Source of the DNA: Thraustochytrium aureum
Lineage: Eukaryota
NCBI GenBank assembly: GCA_012862495.1
Contig: BLSG01000091.1
Location: 114,412-178,200 of the forward strand
DNA: 63,789 nt
Reading direction: 5' to 3'
Positions 11,458-25,140 of the stretch are shown here, one piece after another. The stretch's first letter is position 1. Every line of letters begins with the position of its first letter. A program made the position numbers and the translations under genes. A model generated the notes under the pieces. It did not search any database. It was not told the DNA's origin and was given only the letters and a program-made list of their open reading frames with translations.

Positions 11458-14400
11458 CTGACGAGGAACAAGGTCGCGGCGTGGTTTGACGCTGCCAAGG
11501 CGGAGGTTGGACGGCTGCGGAGGTGGCCGCAGGAGGACGAGCAACTGGCGAGGGCAGCGGGGCTGATCGGGTACGTGCTGGGCGATGCCGGGCCCTTCGT
11601 GGACGAAATCATAGAAAATGTGACCGTCGACCTGTTCCTGTCGCTCGTCTCCCTGCTGGCGAGCTCGCACCAGGAGCTTCAGGGCGCCGCCGTCCGGCTA
11701 ATCCTCGCGCTGGGCGATGCGCTCACACCGGGGCGCTTGAGCGCTGCAGAGTCTGCGCAAGCATATCGCAGCGTCGCAAAGCAGCTCGCGCACGGCGCGG
11801 GATGCTACCTTGGCGTGCGCGAACTGTTCGAAACTGTCGGTGGGTGCCTCAGCCCAATCTGCGCGGTGGCCCTTTCGTCGCTCGAGGCTCTATTCGCCCA
11901 CCCAGACGCAGAGAAGCGCAAGCTAGGCATCACGGTAGTGGCATCCCTGACCAAGGCGAACGAGCACCTCTTCGGCGCCGCGGACGTCACCAAAGTGCTC
12001 TGGGAGGTAGTCATCTTGCTGGACACGCGTTGCGAGGCCTTTGGCGGCCTTTCTGTCGCGGGCGGCCCAGTCGAGGAGCTGACGGCTACCTTTGAGGCAC
12101 AGCAGCTCTCGCAGCAGCGCCAGGTCGTCCTGGCTGCCGCAGAAGACCTCCTCCCGCTCGTCGCCGGCCTAGACCCACCAATCTGCGAGCAACTCGCTCG
12201 GACCGTGCTCAAGAATAGGCCAACCACGCACGAGGAGCGCCTCGCCGCGCGTCGCTGCCTCCACGTCGCAATCGAACGCGGCGTCGCGGGAGGCATGGAG
12301 TCGCAGTTGTTCAATGCGTTTCTCGGCGCCGTGGCCAGCAATCGCCAGCCCATGCTGCAGGGCCTCCACGCCGCGGTTGCCAGCTGTGTCAGCGCAAGTC
12401 CACAGAATGCGGCCTCGAAAAATGCCGTTCTGGCCTTCCTTGGCGCGCTCGAGCGGTACCTGCTCGCTCCGCAGCCATTCCTACGCTACGGCGCACTCCT
12501 CTGCGTTCATGCCGTCCTGGGCGCCTTCCCGCTTGAGCTCCTCAACCTCGTCGACTCGGGCCTCTTCCCGGTCCTCCTGTCCGAGTGCCTCGACCACAGC
12601 CAGCAGTGCCGCGCACTCGGCTTGGCCTGCGTTCGCATGCTGCTGGCCAAGCTCTCAAGGCCAAGGCAAACGAGTGCTGGGCAGCCGGCCAAGGCGGACC
12701 AGGCTGCGCAAGCGCCTCTTCCACAAGAGATTGCGCGCCAAATCCGTCAGTACGAGTCCTTTGTGCTATCTGAGAAGCCGGGCCATCGCGGATGGCCCGT
12801 GAGGCGAGGACGCGGGCCGCTCGACGAGGTGCGCGGCATCGTGTCCTCCGCGCTCCCGCTTTGTAAATCTGTTCGAGAGGGCACGCTGGTACAGCTCTCT
12901 AGCGGCCTGCAAAACCTCCCGCAGGACGTGCGGCTGCAGAGGTTGGAGACCATCCTGCTGTGGGCTGGCAAGATCTCGCGCAGCATCCCGCTACTCGTCA
13001 ATAACTTGCTCATTGGGATCCGGGGCGCCGACGCCAGGACTGGCGTTTTTACAGTAAAGATCTTTAGCGCGCTTGCCCCGACGCTCTGTGCAGCCCTCAA
13101 AGACCGCGACCCGGCCCAGGTCCTCCAGGCCAACCCCTCGTACCGCGCCATCTGCGCTATAGAGACAGTCCTTCGACAGGTGCTCCAACACAGCTCGGCA
13201 GAGCTCACGGTGAGCATCGTTAAGGCGATCAGCATCCTTCCTTTCGAGTACTTTGAGCAGCCGCGCATCGAGCAAATCCTGCGCTTGCTCTTGGACAAGT
13301 GTTTTTCAACCGCAGGCGTCGTTCGCTTGGAGATTTATCGGTTCGTCGGCTCGGCGACCAGACTCTGGCGAACCTTGCCGCTCAAACTCAGCGCCGCCAG
13401 CGCGATGCTCTGCTGCCTCGGAGAGCCGTCCGTGGAGGGCGTCCGTCTCGTCATAGAGGCCCTCGTGGCGCTCTTGCCGGAATGCGGCCTGAATGAGCCT
13501 GCGGCTTTCTTTGCCAGCCAGCTCGCTCGGCTCTCCGCCATCGATGGTGAGCAGCGCGTCGACGCATACGAGGCCTGCGTGAATAGGATTGGAGAGCCCG
13601 ATTTCGCCAAGCTATGCGCCGTATTCGCCTCGTCCGACTTTCTGCTCGCGGCATCCGCGCGCTTCGGTTTCCGCCCACGCCCGCGACGGGCGAAAGGAGC
13701 CCCGCCGTCCAAGGGCATGTCTGCTAGAGAGGGCCTGGACGAGGCCAGGCGTCCTGGGAGTAAAGATCTCTCCAGCGGAAAAGGGGAAGTGCAGGCCGAG
13801 TCCAAGGGTGATGTTCATGACGAGGCCAGCCTCCCCGATGCAGGCATACCTAGCTCGACCGACGCCGCTGGTTTGCCGGATGCGTATCCTGAGGCGTCCC
13901 GCGCACACCACGACGCAAGTGGCGCGACGGGAAACGGGAACGCCGTTCCCGTGGCACAGCCGCCGTTTTTCGTCGCGATGGCGCATGCCAAGCTTGCCCC
14001 AGCAGACGCGCAGAGTTCTGAAGATGATGCCAACTCGTGGGCCGCCCGAACACTGCTGCGGAGGATGGCTTCCACCGACGTGATGGAACGCAACACTGCA
14101 ACACGGGCATTATTTTATGCTTGTCAGACCGTGGATGCCAAGCCAAACGCTCTAGTCTTGCGGATGGTCGTGAAGGATGCGCACCGCGCTTTGGCCGGCA
14201 GCGAGCCAAGCGCCTTCTTGGTCGAGTCACACGCTCTTCTTCTATCGCTGCTCGTGCCGCTTTCAGTCCCACACCTCAACGCGACTCTCCTGGCGCACTT
14301 TGTGCCATCAGCGCTCGAGCTTCTGGCAACAGAGACGGTGTCGCCAGAGGTCCGGCTGCGGTGTATCGAGTTTGTCTGCGCTATCGTGCTAGCCCGTCCA

Positions 14401-17400
14401 GTCGCCTCGCGCGCGTACCTCGCCGCGTTGCGCGATGCGCTGCGCGGGGCATTTTCATCGCCGCGGGCCAGCCTGATTCAAACGGCGAGCCGGGCTTATC
14501 CTGTTGTAGTCCGCCTTGCGACGGCCAGCAGCGCGCACGCGGAGAGCTTTTTCCACTTTCTCGCAGCGGACCTTGCGCCGCTCCAAGACGACGAGGCCAC
14601 GCAGACGAGTAGCGACCCTTTTATCTCGAAGCTGACTGCTGCGCAGCTCAAGCACGTGCTGCGCGCCACGGTTCGCGCCCTAGGCGAGATACAGCATCCG
14701 CGTCTGCACCACGCGCGATTGACGCCTTGCTCGAGGTGCTGCACAGCCACGACGCAGGGCTTCGCCTCGAAGCGCTAAAGTCAATTCTGGCGCTGACCGA
14801 GCATCTCCCGCTCCGGGAGCGGGCCGCGGTCCGCATGGTGGCACTGCCTCTCGTTGGCGATCCTGCGCTAGCTATCCGGGCAGTGTTTGCGCGCGCAGTT
14901 GAGCGTCGCCCCCTGGACGACATCGACAACGCCCTGGCGACGCTTCCGGACACTGACGACGACGTCGAGCCGGCGCAGAGCGTCCCAAGCAGCGCCGACG
15001 CCATGGACGACGAGGTTTCGCCCGGGCCAACCTGGCACAGCCAGCCGCCCCCTCTGCACACCATGACCTTCTTTCGCGACATGTCGCTCGGCCTTGAAGC
15101 GTGCCCAAGGATTCACGAGCGCCAGGCTGCTGCCCGCGCAGCCTCCGAAGCGCTTGATGCGCTCAACGAAGCAGCGACAGGCGCGTCGGTACGCCTCTCG
15201 CCAGCGTGCCGCAGTGCGGTGGCGCTGTGCCGCGGCAGCCGCCCAAGCGCCACCCCCGAGCTTCTCGAGGCGCTTCGAGCTGTATGCGGCGACATTTGCG
15301 GCGAGCTTGACCCCGAACACGTCGACCTTGTCGAGTACCACCTTCACCAGTACATGCAAAGCCCGGGGGTAAATGGGGCGGCTGCTCTTTTGCTCTCGGA
15401 GCTCGGTCGACTGCTTTACGAGCGCGCTGCAAGGGACGGCGACAGCGACGGCGACAGCGACGACCAAGCCTCTGCGATACTCGAGAAAGCGCGCAACATG
15501 CTCACCGCGCTCTTCGTTAACGTGAGCCGTAGCAAGGCAGCTGTGTCCAAGGCAAGCTCGTGGAGGTCAGGCGATTCGGGCTTTCTGGCGGGGGCCACCG
15601 ACTCGGAGGGCGCAGTCGAGATGATCGAGGACCCGGTCGTCGCCGCGCTCTTGGACCGCAACCTCATCGTTGGCAGCGCGCTTGGGATCGCAAACATGGC
15701 TCGCACCAAGCCTGACTTGGTCGTCCCCTTCGTTATGCAGCAGCTGTGCAGCGCAGAGGCTCTCGAGCTCGGCCATCTCCTAGCTGCGCGCCACGTCTTC
15801 AGCACCTTTGCGGGCAACGAGGAGCAGCTTCGAGCCTTGGTGCACCCGGACCTGGCCAAGACATTTGCCTCCCTGCTCCTCGACTGCATCAAAGCGCGCG
15901 ACCGCCCCATGGACAGCAAAAAGGCAGCAATCGACCTCATCGGCGACATCGCCCTTCTCACAGGGCCACAAGAGCTCACGAAAGTGGTCATGTGCATTAT
16001 TTCAATGCTCGAGGAAAGCTCGGATGCCTCAATCCACGCCATGTCCCAAGCGCAGCTCGCGCGAGTGTTCTCGACCTTTCAGTCGGACCACCCGCTCGTC
16101 GGATCGCTCATCGACTACGTAGACAGCGGCCTAACGTCCTGCGAGCCTCGTAAGCGGCAGCGATCGTTCACGCTGCTGTCCATTGTGGCAAAGCCCATGG
16201 GAGCAGTCCAAGCCACGCCAGGCTACATCCGCGCAATTGCGGACCCGGATGAGCGCATCCGCCAGCTCGCGATAAAGTCGCTCCTGACAAGCCCTCCAGA
16301 GTTTCTCCTCGTCAGCGACGCGTTTCGCGGCGGAATCCGCTCGCTCGCCAACCAAGCCGAGCTCGAGCGCATGGCGCGCCAAGGGCCCCCGCGCCACCGC
16401 GCAGCGGTGACCAGGGCGCGCCGAGTCGCGAACGATACAGCTACTGGTGGCTTGAGCCGGGGCGCGGCTGCCGAGAACGAGGCTGCTCAGGACGCGCTCG
16501 GCCACGGGTCCTCGGAGCTCGCAGCTGCCGGCCAGGCCTCTGCTAGTGCAGGGGCAGCGCTCCTCACCTTCCCCCTCACTGACGACGATCCGCTCAACTT
16601 GAGCCACGTCAAGGGCGACCCGGCTTACAGGGCGTTGCTCGAAGAATACGGCTTGGACAGTCACGCCTTCATCGCTGCGCGGCTGCGCCCCGCTTTGGAG
16701 GCCCAAACGGCTGGTCAGAACAAGAGTGGCGGCGCGACCAGCGCCAGCGGGCCTTTTGGCCTTTCGGATGAGGGCTTTGCTTCGCTCCTGAAGAGCGACC
16801 GGTCCCCATCATCAAATTGCTTGCGGCCTTGGACGTCGCCATTCCCGCATTCCTCGAAAACGCGTTCACGGGGGACTTGGACGACGCAAAAGCGCTTCTA
16901 GACGAAGCCGCGCATTTGCTCGGCCGGCAGTCCCCGATTTCGGGCGACGAGAAGAGCCAGGAAGGAGAGCCTGTTTCCGAAGACAATAGCCCCACTGCGG
17001 CTGCAGCTCAAGGGCCCTCAACGCAAAGCAAACCGCTTGCCAAGCAAGCGCTCGAGCCCGGGGGGCTCGCGGTTCGCTTCAGCTCAAGCGAAATGAGGCT
17101 TGAGCAGCTCGTGCACAACTTTTCTGTGCACGAGACTATCGTCCGTGCCCTTGACGCCAACACGGGCGACGGCGGCCAGGCGCTGCTTCGCAAGTTGCAA
17201 CAGGTCGTCGAAGCTTGCGCCGTGGACGCAGAGCTGTTTCGAGCAGAGTGCACCGACAAACTCGCCGAGGCCTCCATGCTCTCGCCAGACTTCCTGGACC
17301 TGCCCGCGGTGTCGCTCCAGCAATTCGAGAGGATCGAGGCACACAGATTAGCAGCTGCTTCCCACGCTGTTGGCGAGGCGGCGAGCACGGGCGGTGCAAC

Positions 17401-18115
17401 GGCGAAGGAAAATGTAACCGCGCGCCGCGAGGGCATACACAAAGACCTCTTTGCGCTCAACACGCAGCTCTGGATGGTGTGCAAGCTGCAGCAGGTTGCT
17501 GTCCAGACCGTGGGCACCATGTACAGCTCCATGCGAAAACTCGACAAGGCGGACCTCATCACTGGCTTTGAGTGGCTCATGTCGCAGCTCGCAGTCGACA
17601 AGCACAGGCGCCTCCGCGAGGTCTCGCGCCACGCCGTTGTTGACATGTCAACAAGCGCCGTTCGCGGTGAGGAATTCCGCCGATACGTCGGGAAAGCTCT
17701 GCCACGCGTCAAGGACCGACTGCGCGCCAACCGGCCGGGCCAGCTGTCCTCAGCTGACATGGTCTATCGCGCAAAGGTTGACCTCATGACGGCCTTGGTT
17801 GGCTTGCTCCCGTGCGGCGAATCCCCACAGCTCCTCCAAGAAACAATAGACGCCCTCGTGGGGTTTTGGGACGACCCCGACTCGTACGTGCGTCGAACCG
17901 CGATCCAACTCATGGAGGTGCTTGGCGAGAGCCAGGTCAGCGGCGCAAAGGATCTCATCCTCGCCGAGCGCGACGAAGCGGAAACCAAAACCACCGCATG
18001 TTGCGTCCGGCTCGAGGTCGCGACGCGCATCAACGACCCGGCCTACGCAGACCGAGAGGCTCTCAACCGCTTGCAGCAATGGATTTACGCAAACAGTGCC
18101 GCCTCGTCGCCGTGA
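11458..18115 (+). CDS. Very large HEAT/ARM-repeat protein (~2200 aa), split by two indels (~14715, ~16800); 5' end in or before the gap
   Basis: Consecutive overlapping helical, Leu/Ala-rich ORFs (to 14778, 14727-16901, 16817-18115) with HEAT-like motifs HPDAEKRKLGI, DPALAIRAVF, DPDERIRQLAIKSL, WDDPDSYVRRTAIQLM. Confidence 0.75.
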
Positions 18116-18590
18116 GGGTCTGACCATGCAGCCGACGCCCACCATCGATCGCCAGGCGGTTTGTAATTGGGTAAAAGCTAAGGAGAAGACTCCAAACACG
18201 ATAGGCTGCCTCCTGCTAAAGGCATTCTGTGGCGGGGCGTCTCCGCGCGCGACGGGAGCCGCGTGCTGAAGCGCCCGGCAAACAGCATTCGTGCTCCGAG
18301 TCCTCGTCAAGTTCCGTGCGTCAACCTAACCGTCCGTGCACTAAAACCTAACCAAAAATTGCGTTGGTTTTTTGTTGTTGCACAACCGAGTCTTGTCCGA
18401 TGCACATTGTCAGTCGCCGCCATCGCCGGACTCGCCGTGCGGCGCACGCAGTTCGCGTGCATACTTGCCTTTCGAGACGCTTATCGCCTGCCAGTACTGC
18501 CAGAGCTCTACCTGCTCGACTTGTTGACGGCGCCGCGGGCTCGGATAGTTGGCGAGCGAGCTCCAGCTCACGGCGCGGCGTCGGCAACCT

Positions 18591-18726
18591 CGACGCGGAG
18601 GCGAGCTGGCACGGTGAACGTCCAAGTCGCGCGACGCGGAGGCGAGCTGGCACGGTGAACGTCCAAGTCGCTCGACGCGGAGGCGAGCTGGCACGGTGAA
18701 CATCCAAGTCGCGCGACGCGGAGGCG
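18591..18726. repeat. 41-bp minisatellite, >=3.3 copies, running into a gap
   Basis: Unit cgacgcggaggcgagctggcacggtgaacgtccaagtcgcg starts at 18591, 18632, 18673 and 18714. Confidence 0.95.
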
Positions 18727-19625
18727 NNNNNNNNNNNNNNNNNNNNNNNNNNNNNNNNNNNNNNNNNNNNNNNNNNNNNNNNNNNNNNNNNNNNNNNNNN
18801 NNNNNNNNNNNNNNNNNNNNNNNNNNNNNNNNNNNNNNNNNNNNNNNNNNNNNNNNNNNNNNNNNNNNNNNNNNNNNNNNNNNNNNNNNNNNNNNNNNNN
18901 NNNNNNNNNNNNNNNNNNNNNNNNNNNNNNNNNNNNNNNNNNNNNNNNNNNNNNNNNNNNNNNNNNNNNNNNNNNNNNNNNNNNNNNNNNNNNNNNNNNN
19001 NNNNNNNNNNNNNNNNNNNNNNNNNNNNNNNNNNNNNNNNNNNNNNNNNNNNNNNNNNNNNNNNNNNNNNNNNNNNNNNNNNAAGACGTCTCCGGAGCAG
19101 CGCCAAGCAATGATTTTGTTCCGGACAGTACCAGTAGCGCAGTTGCCCGAGTATCCAGTGTGCAAGGTTTTGCCCCTCCTGCAAGCGGCATCAGCGGTCT
19201 CGGCCTTGTTGCGCCGCACGACGCAAAACTCAACGCTGCACAGCTCGGGCATGCCGGGGTTGGGCCAGGAAGCGCTCCCATGCGCGTGACAAGCATGCTC
19301 GGTGCGCACGAGTCCCGGTCAACACGGAGCCCCAAGTTGTTGGAGGTCGCATCATCGAGACGACCCAAGAACGCGGCGTTTGGATTCCAGCAGCGTGACC
19401 CGCGATACACAGGCCAACGACCTCGGACTATTCCCCGGCCTCGCTCGCGATGCGTGCGAGATATGGGAAAAACTGCATCGACAAGCAGCTTGGCCTTGCA
19501 CGGAGCGAACGTGCTCCAGAGCCCTTCACGAAGCGAGAAAAAAGCCTGAAGCGAAAGCCTCTACTAGTAGTATAAAATCGGAAGCGCTCACTTTTGGCCG
19601 AGCACCACACTGGTCCAAGGACCAC

Positions 19626-22600
19626 TTATTCATTCGCCGCGCGCATTGCGTTCTCTATCAAGGTCAGCTCTGCCTGGAGCCCCGCAACTTTGCGAAAGTA
19701 CTCGGTAGACACGATCGGGTCAACTGTGGCCAAGTTCTGCCTGCCACGACCAAGCGCAGCGACAGACATCGCAGCCTCGCGAAGCATCGCAGCTTGTTCG
19801 CGAAGCGCTTTGCTGGCATTCACCATCCCTGGCGCAGTGTCCGCCCCCGACGCGCGACTTGCTCGGGCTGCACCTCGAACTTTTTCCGCCGCGCGCGTCA
19901 AGACAAGGTTTACCCTTGCAACGCGATTTTGCTGCTCAAGGTCCCGCTGAGCGCGAGTGGTGGGATTTCCTTGGCTCCTGTCAGCAAGAGCTGCGCCGAG
20001 CTTGCGGCCAACTTCCAAGCGTCGTTCAGAGTGGCAGCCGAGGGCAGCAACTCTGGCGCCAAGAACTGCCTGAGCTTGTTCCGTTGCTTGTTCGTGCCTT
20101 GCGATCGCCCGTTCCGAGCGCCGCTGGGCCTTTTGCAAGCGTTTTTCGCGGCGCCGCGACTTTTCCGCGGCGTCTGCAGCCTCGTTGGCATCGCGCTCCA
20201 AGAGGGCCCGCAAAAGCCTTTTGTTCTCAAGCTCGAGTTGCCGAATTCGATCAGCCTCCGCAACAACATCGTCGCGCCCGGCACGCCGTGGATGCGAAAG
20301 CCGGGCGCGAGCACTTGAGGGTCGGGCCGCAAAGTCTGGAGCACTCTCGCTGCTTGGCGCCACGTTCAAGAGCACTTTTTCTCCGAGCGGCCGCCTCGGT
20401 TGCGAGCACGTGTTCGTGGTTTCGACATGTTGCCTGAGTCGAGCACTCTGGGGGCGAGCCGTTGGTGATTGAGCACGTGCTGGTTCACTGCTATGCGGCC
20501 CTGATGGGCTTGAGGGGCGAATCGGCACCATTCGGGCGGCAGGTAGGTCGCACGTATTTGCCAGTTTTGGGAGGGGCGATTTCGCCCTTTGCAGCGTTGG
20601 CGGTCGCTCCTCTGCGCGTGCCTTTTGGAGTGCAGCGCGCTCTTCCTGGTTGCGAGCTGGCGAACGGCGAGCTTTCGGAAGCGCCCCGCAGCTCGTGGCG
20701 CGACTCGAGGCCAGGCTTTCCGTCCCTTTATTCTGTGGCAGCTGGCTCGAACTGCGGCTGTGCGTTGCCGTGCGATGTTTCCTTTTGGGAATGGACGGTA
20801 GCGTTTCCTTCTTCTCCCGTTTGGTGCATGACGGGGACAAACGCGCCAGCTTCTTTCGCGACAGCTTGGGGCTCGCGAAGGGTTGGGATTGCGAGTTGGG
20901 AGAACACGGGTCAAGGTGCCCGGGATTTGCGCGCGAAACATCAGCCAGCAGCACTGCATCCGCGGTCTGAGCTTGGCGCTCCGTTGCGTGGCCTCTTGCG
21001 TCCCCCAGCAACAAATTGGCACAGTTCTACTGGCGTTGCCTTCCATATGTGAAGTGGCGTTGTCCTCGAGCTGGTGATTGTCATACGAAAGTTGTCCACC
21101 GCTCAGCTCGTCGCACTCGGTCCACGCGCTTGATCGTGATGCACAGGATGGACTGTGGGCTTGAAAGTCGTCGTTGGACTCAATCGTGCTGTCGAAGCGC
21201 TGCCCTTCCAGCGGTAAAGCAAGGAGAGGGACGATCCTCCTTTCCTTGACCTGGCCAACGCGACCAGGGCCTTGCCAGCCGTGCGCAGCCGTCGCTTCAG
21301 GACTCGATCCGTCTCGATGCGGAGGGCCCTCAGAATCACCGAAATCAGCGGCATCGAAGCAAACAAGCTCTTCCCCTAGAGAAGCCCCATTTCGGGGCGT
21401 GGCGCACGAAGGAGATTGCTGCCCCCATGGGATCAGATCTGGAGAGCTCGGCCGCTCTACAGGAAAGGCCTCTTCGACGCACGCTCGCTTGCCCTCGAAA
21501 TCCGTGTTCTGCTGCTGGGGTACTAGTGGTAGCCCGAGGCCGCTCTGCTGCACCGACGCGTTCGGGCGTCGATTTGCTTTGCCCAAAGGCGATGCTGCCA
21601 TCCCCTCCGCCTCGCGCTGTTCGACCGGACTCACATTTTGCTCCTGCACGCTCGCAACACCTGCCTCCTCCGCGCAAGACAAAGGCATGGCCTCATCCAA
21701 GAGTTTCGCCGCAGAAACAACTCGCAGAGCTCCGTCGCCGTTGAGTCGATCTGCTGGGGCTTGCGCTTGCTGACGCAAGTCTGACGCAGGCGAAAGAGCT
21801 GGGCGACGAACCGCTTGAGTAGGCCAAGCGCCTGCTTCGTGGTGAACCTCAAAACCAATCTTAGCGTCCGGTTCGTCGGAGCGAGCCGCATCTTCGATCT
21901 GGACAAGTTCCCTTGCTGTTCCGCACTCGCCGAATCGGCGCGACCATGCGCTTGGGCTTGCACGCGCTTGAGCAGGAACTGGGCTACGACGACTTGGCGT
22001 TTCCGACATTCTCACGATGCTACGCGCTGAGCTGCACGCGACCACTTGCCTTGGGGCTTGCCTGTTGCCGTTTGGATCGGATGCCAGCGATTCCTGTTGA
22101 GGGCGACAAACTTGCCCACCCGGTTGGAGGTTGCAGCTCAAACTTGACGACTTGGCCGAAGAGGTCACTGTCATCCATGTCGGCACACCACCCGTTCGCC
22201 AGGAGAGGCTCCGCTGTCGCTGAAGGGAATAAACGCCCGGGCCCGACGCTCGTCGGCGCTGTGCTGTCTACCTCGATTGAGTCCTCAACGTCAATTGTGA
22301 GGGCATCCCGGCCTCTTGGAGATGGAGCGCTCACGGTTGTGGCTGTTTCGTCGTCGCTTTGGCATTGCGGCTCAAGTTCCTGCTCGCAAGGCAAGTCGGC
22401 TGGATTCACATCACCCTCTTCAGTAAGGGCATCTTCAGTAAGGGCAGTTGGCGTCGGGCAAGGGCTTTTCGGTGGAGCGCCTCGCGTGATGGGCGAGTTT
22501 TGGTTTTCGCCGACAATAAATGCCAGAGCGGGCGTCTCTCGAGGCTTGCTGCTCATCCCGCACTCTCGCGGGCTCGCTGCGCACGAATCAATACAGTTTT

Positions 22601-22994
22601 GCTGCAAGTCCTGCAGGATCTGGTTCCGCGCAGCGACGACAGTTGATGGAGACGCAGTTCCACTCGATTCGGCAGGACCCGCCTGAGAATCAGCTGCGGG
22701 TCCCACCGCCTGATTATACCGAGTAGTGCCGACAACAACGGCGCTCTCGGCGCTTGCTGGCGGAGTCGAGAGCGCAATGGTACCTGAGCTGACCACTATC
22801 TGTCTTGAGTTGGACCCTCTGCTGGTGGAGAACGGGCAGGCTGCGTCGACGAGCCACACAATGACGCACTTCGCGGCGACCTTGAAGGGAAAGGGCCACT
22901 TTGCCTTTGAGACGCGCAGACCGACAGACCCTTGGAGGATGTTTGCAAGCGGACCGAGTGAAGTCCACCCTCCCTCTACCTCTACCTGCTGCAC
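19626..22994 (-). CDS. Long disordered protein with C-terminal coiled coil, frameshift-split; probably the continuation of the upstream SAM gene
   Basis: Overlapping minus-strand ORFs 22020-22994, 20366-22186 and 19626-21014; S/P/E-rich; coiled coil EADRIRQLELENKRLLRALLERD. Confidence 0.5.
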
Positions 22995-23935
22995 GGCGCG
23001 GGTTGCGGCGAACTCGGCAAGAGGGACATCTGCACTGCGCCAGCTTCGTCGAGGCGCCTCATCCGTTCCAGACTGCTACAGACCGCGTCCTCGTCTTTGG
23101 CCCCAAGATCCTTGAGTGCTTGCCGAGTTGATCCTTCGAAGCAGCGCACCCCGTCGCCGCGCCTTGCCGACGATACGACCGCAGTGGTGGCTCCCTTTCT
23201 GCTCCCACCACGATGTCCTCTGACACGCACTTGCGCAAGGGGGATAACTCTGCAGTATAGTTGCGCAGAAAGTGCGTATTGTGGGTCTGCCGCCCTTGAC
23301 GCTTCCACTGCGTCCAAGAGCCGCTGGGACGGCTGGAACCAGATTTGATGGTCCATGTCAAAAGCGAGGCAACGCAGGTCGTTCGATTCCAAAACCCACG
23401 TGTCAGAGAGATCGGGCAAGCCGCAGCTCACCCAGATGCTACACATGTGGTTGGAGAGAATTGCTGCGCGACATAGACGAGTGACGGCCTCGCGCAGAGC
23501 AAAAGCATGAGGTGCCTGCAGCTCGTAGCGCGACTCGAGCTCGGCTGTGGAGAGCGCAATCAGCTGCTTCCCCGTGACGCAGTAGTCTGTGAACGCTTGT
23601 TCCGGGAACCCGAGGCTGCGGACGAACTGCGCAACATCTGCAGGTGACCAGCTCGCGACGCGGCTTTCGACGTTTCTCCGCGCCGCGGCGCCACCAGGCT
23701 CGCTCGCCCCGCTCGCATCTAGTCGAAGCGGGCCCCTCGGCCTTCGCAACGCCTTGGCTGGATCGCTACCGCTGCGAGCCCTCTTGCCGCGCGGGGGGTC
23801 CTTCGCTGCATTCGCCTGTCGCGGTGCAGGCCTGTTGGAGGTCTTGGCAGCGTCGTTCTCCACCTCGAGCCGCGGCTTGCGCTGCAGATCTTCCGCATGA
23901 AAGCAGGAGAACGTGGGAAGTGGCACGGTCGCCAT
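22982..23935 (-). CDS. SAM-domain protein (N-terminal part)
   Basis: VASWSPADVAQFVRSLGF...AFTDYCVTGKQLIALSTAELESRYEL...LREAVTRL matches the SAM consensus; ATG at 23935 follows a purine-rich microsatellite. Confidence 0.7.
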   Translation of the reverse strand: MATVPLPTFSCFHAEDLQRKPRLEVENDAAKTSNRPAPRQANAAKDPPRGKRARSGSDPAKALRRPRGPLRLDASGASEPGGAAARRNVESRVASWSPADVAQFVRSLGFPEQAFTDYCVTGKQLIALSTAELESRYELQAPHAFALREAVTRLCRAAILSNHMCSIWVSCGLPDLSDTWVLESNDLRCLAFDMDHQIWFQPSQRLLDAVEASRAADPQYALSAQLYCRVIPLAQVRVRGHRGGSRKGATTAVVSSARRGDGVRCFEGSTRQALKDLGAKDEDAVCSSLERMRRLDEAGAVQMSLLPSSPQPAPCSR

Positions 23936-25140
23936 GCTGCTCCTTCCTTCCTTTCTTTCTTTCTTTCCGCGGACTCTGCTCTTCGAGAGCGCGTCGCGGT
24001 CAGTCAGGCAGCGCTGGCGCGATGCTGCGCATGCTGGGGCAGCGAGTGCGCCGCACATGCGCCGCAACGGCCTTCAATCCCTCAAAGTCCTCTTGTGACC
24101 CTCTAAACTCTGGCTGTCCTGTGTCCTCCATCCAGGCGCCATTCCAATTGTTCGTTCATTCGCGCATCGCNNNNNNNNNNNNNNNNNNNNNNNNNNNNNN
24201 NNNNNNNNNNNNNNNNNNNNNNNNNNNNNNNNNNNNNNNNNNNNNNNNNNNNNNNNNNNNNNNNNNNNNNNNNNNNNNNNNNNNNNNNNNNNNNNNNNNN
24301 NNNNNNNNNNNNNNNNNNNNNNNNNNNNNNNNNNNNNNNNNNNNNNNNNNNNNNNNNNNNNNNNNNNNNNNNNNNNNNNNNNNNNNNNNNNNNNNNNNNN
24401 NNNNNNNNNNNNNNNNNNNNNNNNNNNNNNNNNNNNNNNNNNNNNNNNNNNNNNNNNNNNNNNNNNNNNNNNNNNNNNNNNNNNNNNNNNNNNNNNNNNN
24501 NNNNNNNNNNNNNNNNNNNNNNNNNNNNNNNNNNNNNNNNNNNNNNNNNNNNNNNNNNNNNNNNNNNNNNNNNNNNNNNNNNNNNNNNNNNNNNNNNNNN
24601 NNNNNNNNNNNNNNNNNNNNNNNNNNNNNNNNNNNNNNNNNNNNNNNNNNNNNNNNNNNNNNNNNNNNNNNNNNNNNNNNNNNNNNNNNNNNNNNNNNNN
24701 NNNNNNNNNNNNNNNNNNNNNNNNNNNNNNNNNNNNNNNNNNNNNNNNNNNNNNNNNNNNNNNNNNNNNNNNNNNNNNNNNNNNNNNNNNNNNNNNNNNN
24801 NNNNNNNNNNNNNNNNNNNNNNNNNNNNNNNNNNNNNNNNNNNNNNNNNNNNNNNNNNNNNNNNNNNNNNNNNNNNNNNNNNNNNNNNNNNNNNNNNNNN
24901 NNNTGCTCGCTCCCTCTACACTCCTTCCTCTACAAGTAAGTAGCTAGCTCAGCCAGTTGCGACGCGCGCCTCCGCGGCGGCCCTCGGGCACCAAACGGTC
25001 GCGGGAGCTCGAGGAATCCGTTCTGCTGTTCTGCTGCTCTGCTGTTCTGCTGCTCTGGCCAGCTAGGCCAGTCGCCAAGCCCGTTTCGGCTTCCAACGTC
25101 GCCTGCCCCCTGAGCTGGACAACTGCAGGCAGGTACAGAC

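Noticed and set aside
18591..18726. CRISPR-like array
   Set aside because: Units are contiguous with no unique spacers, there are no cas genes, and the context is eukaryotic.
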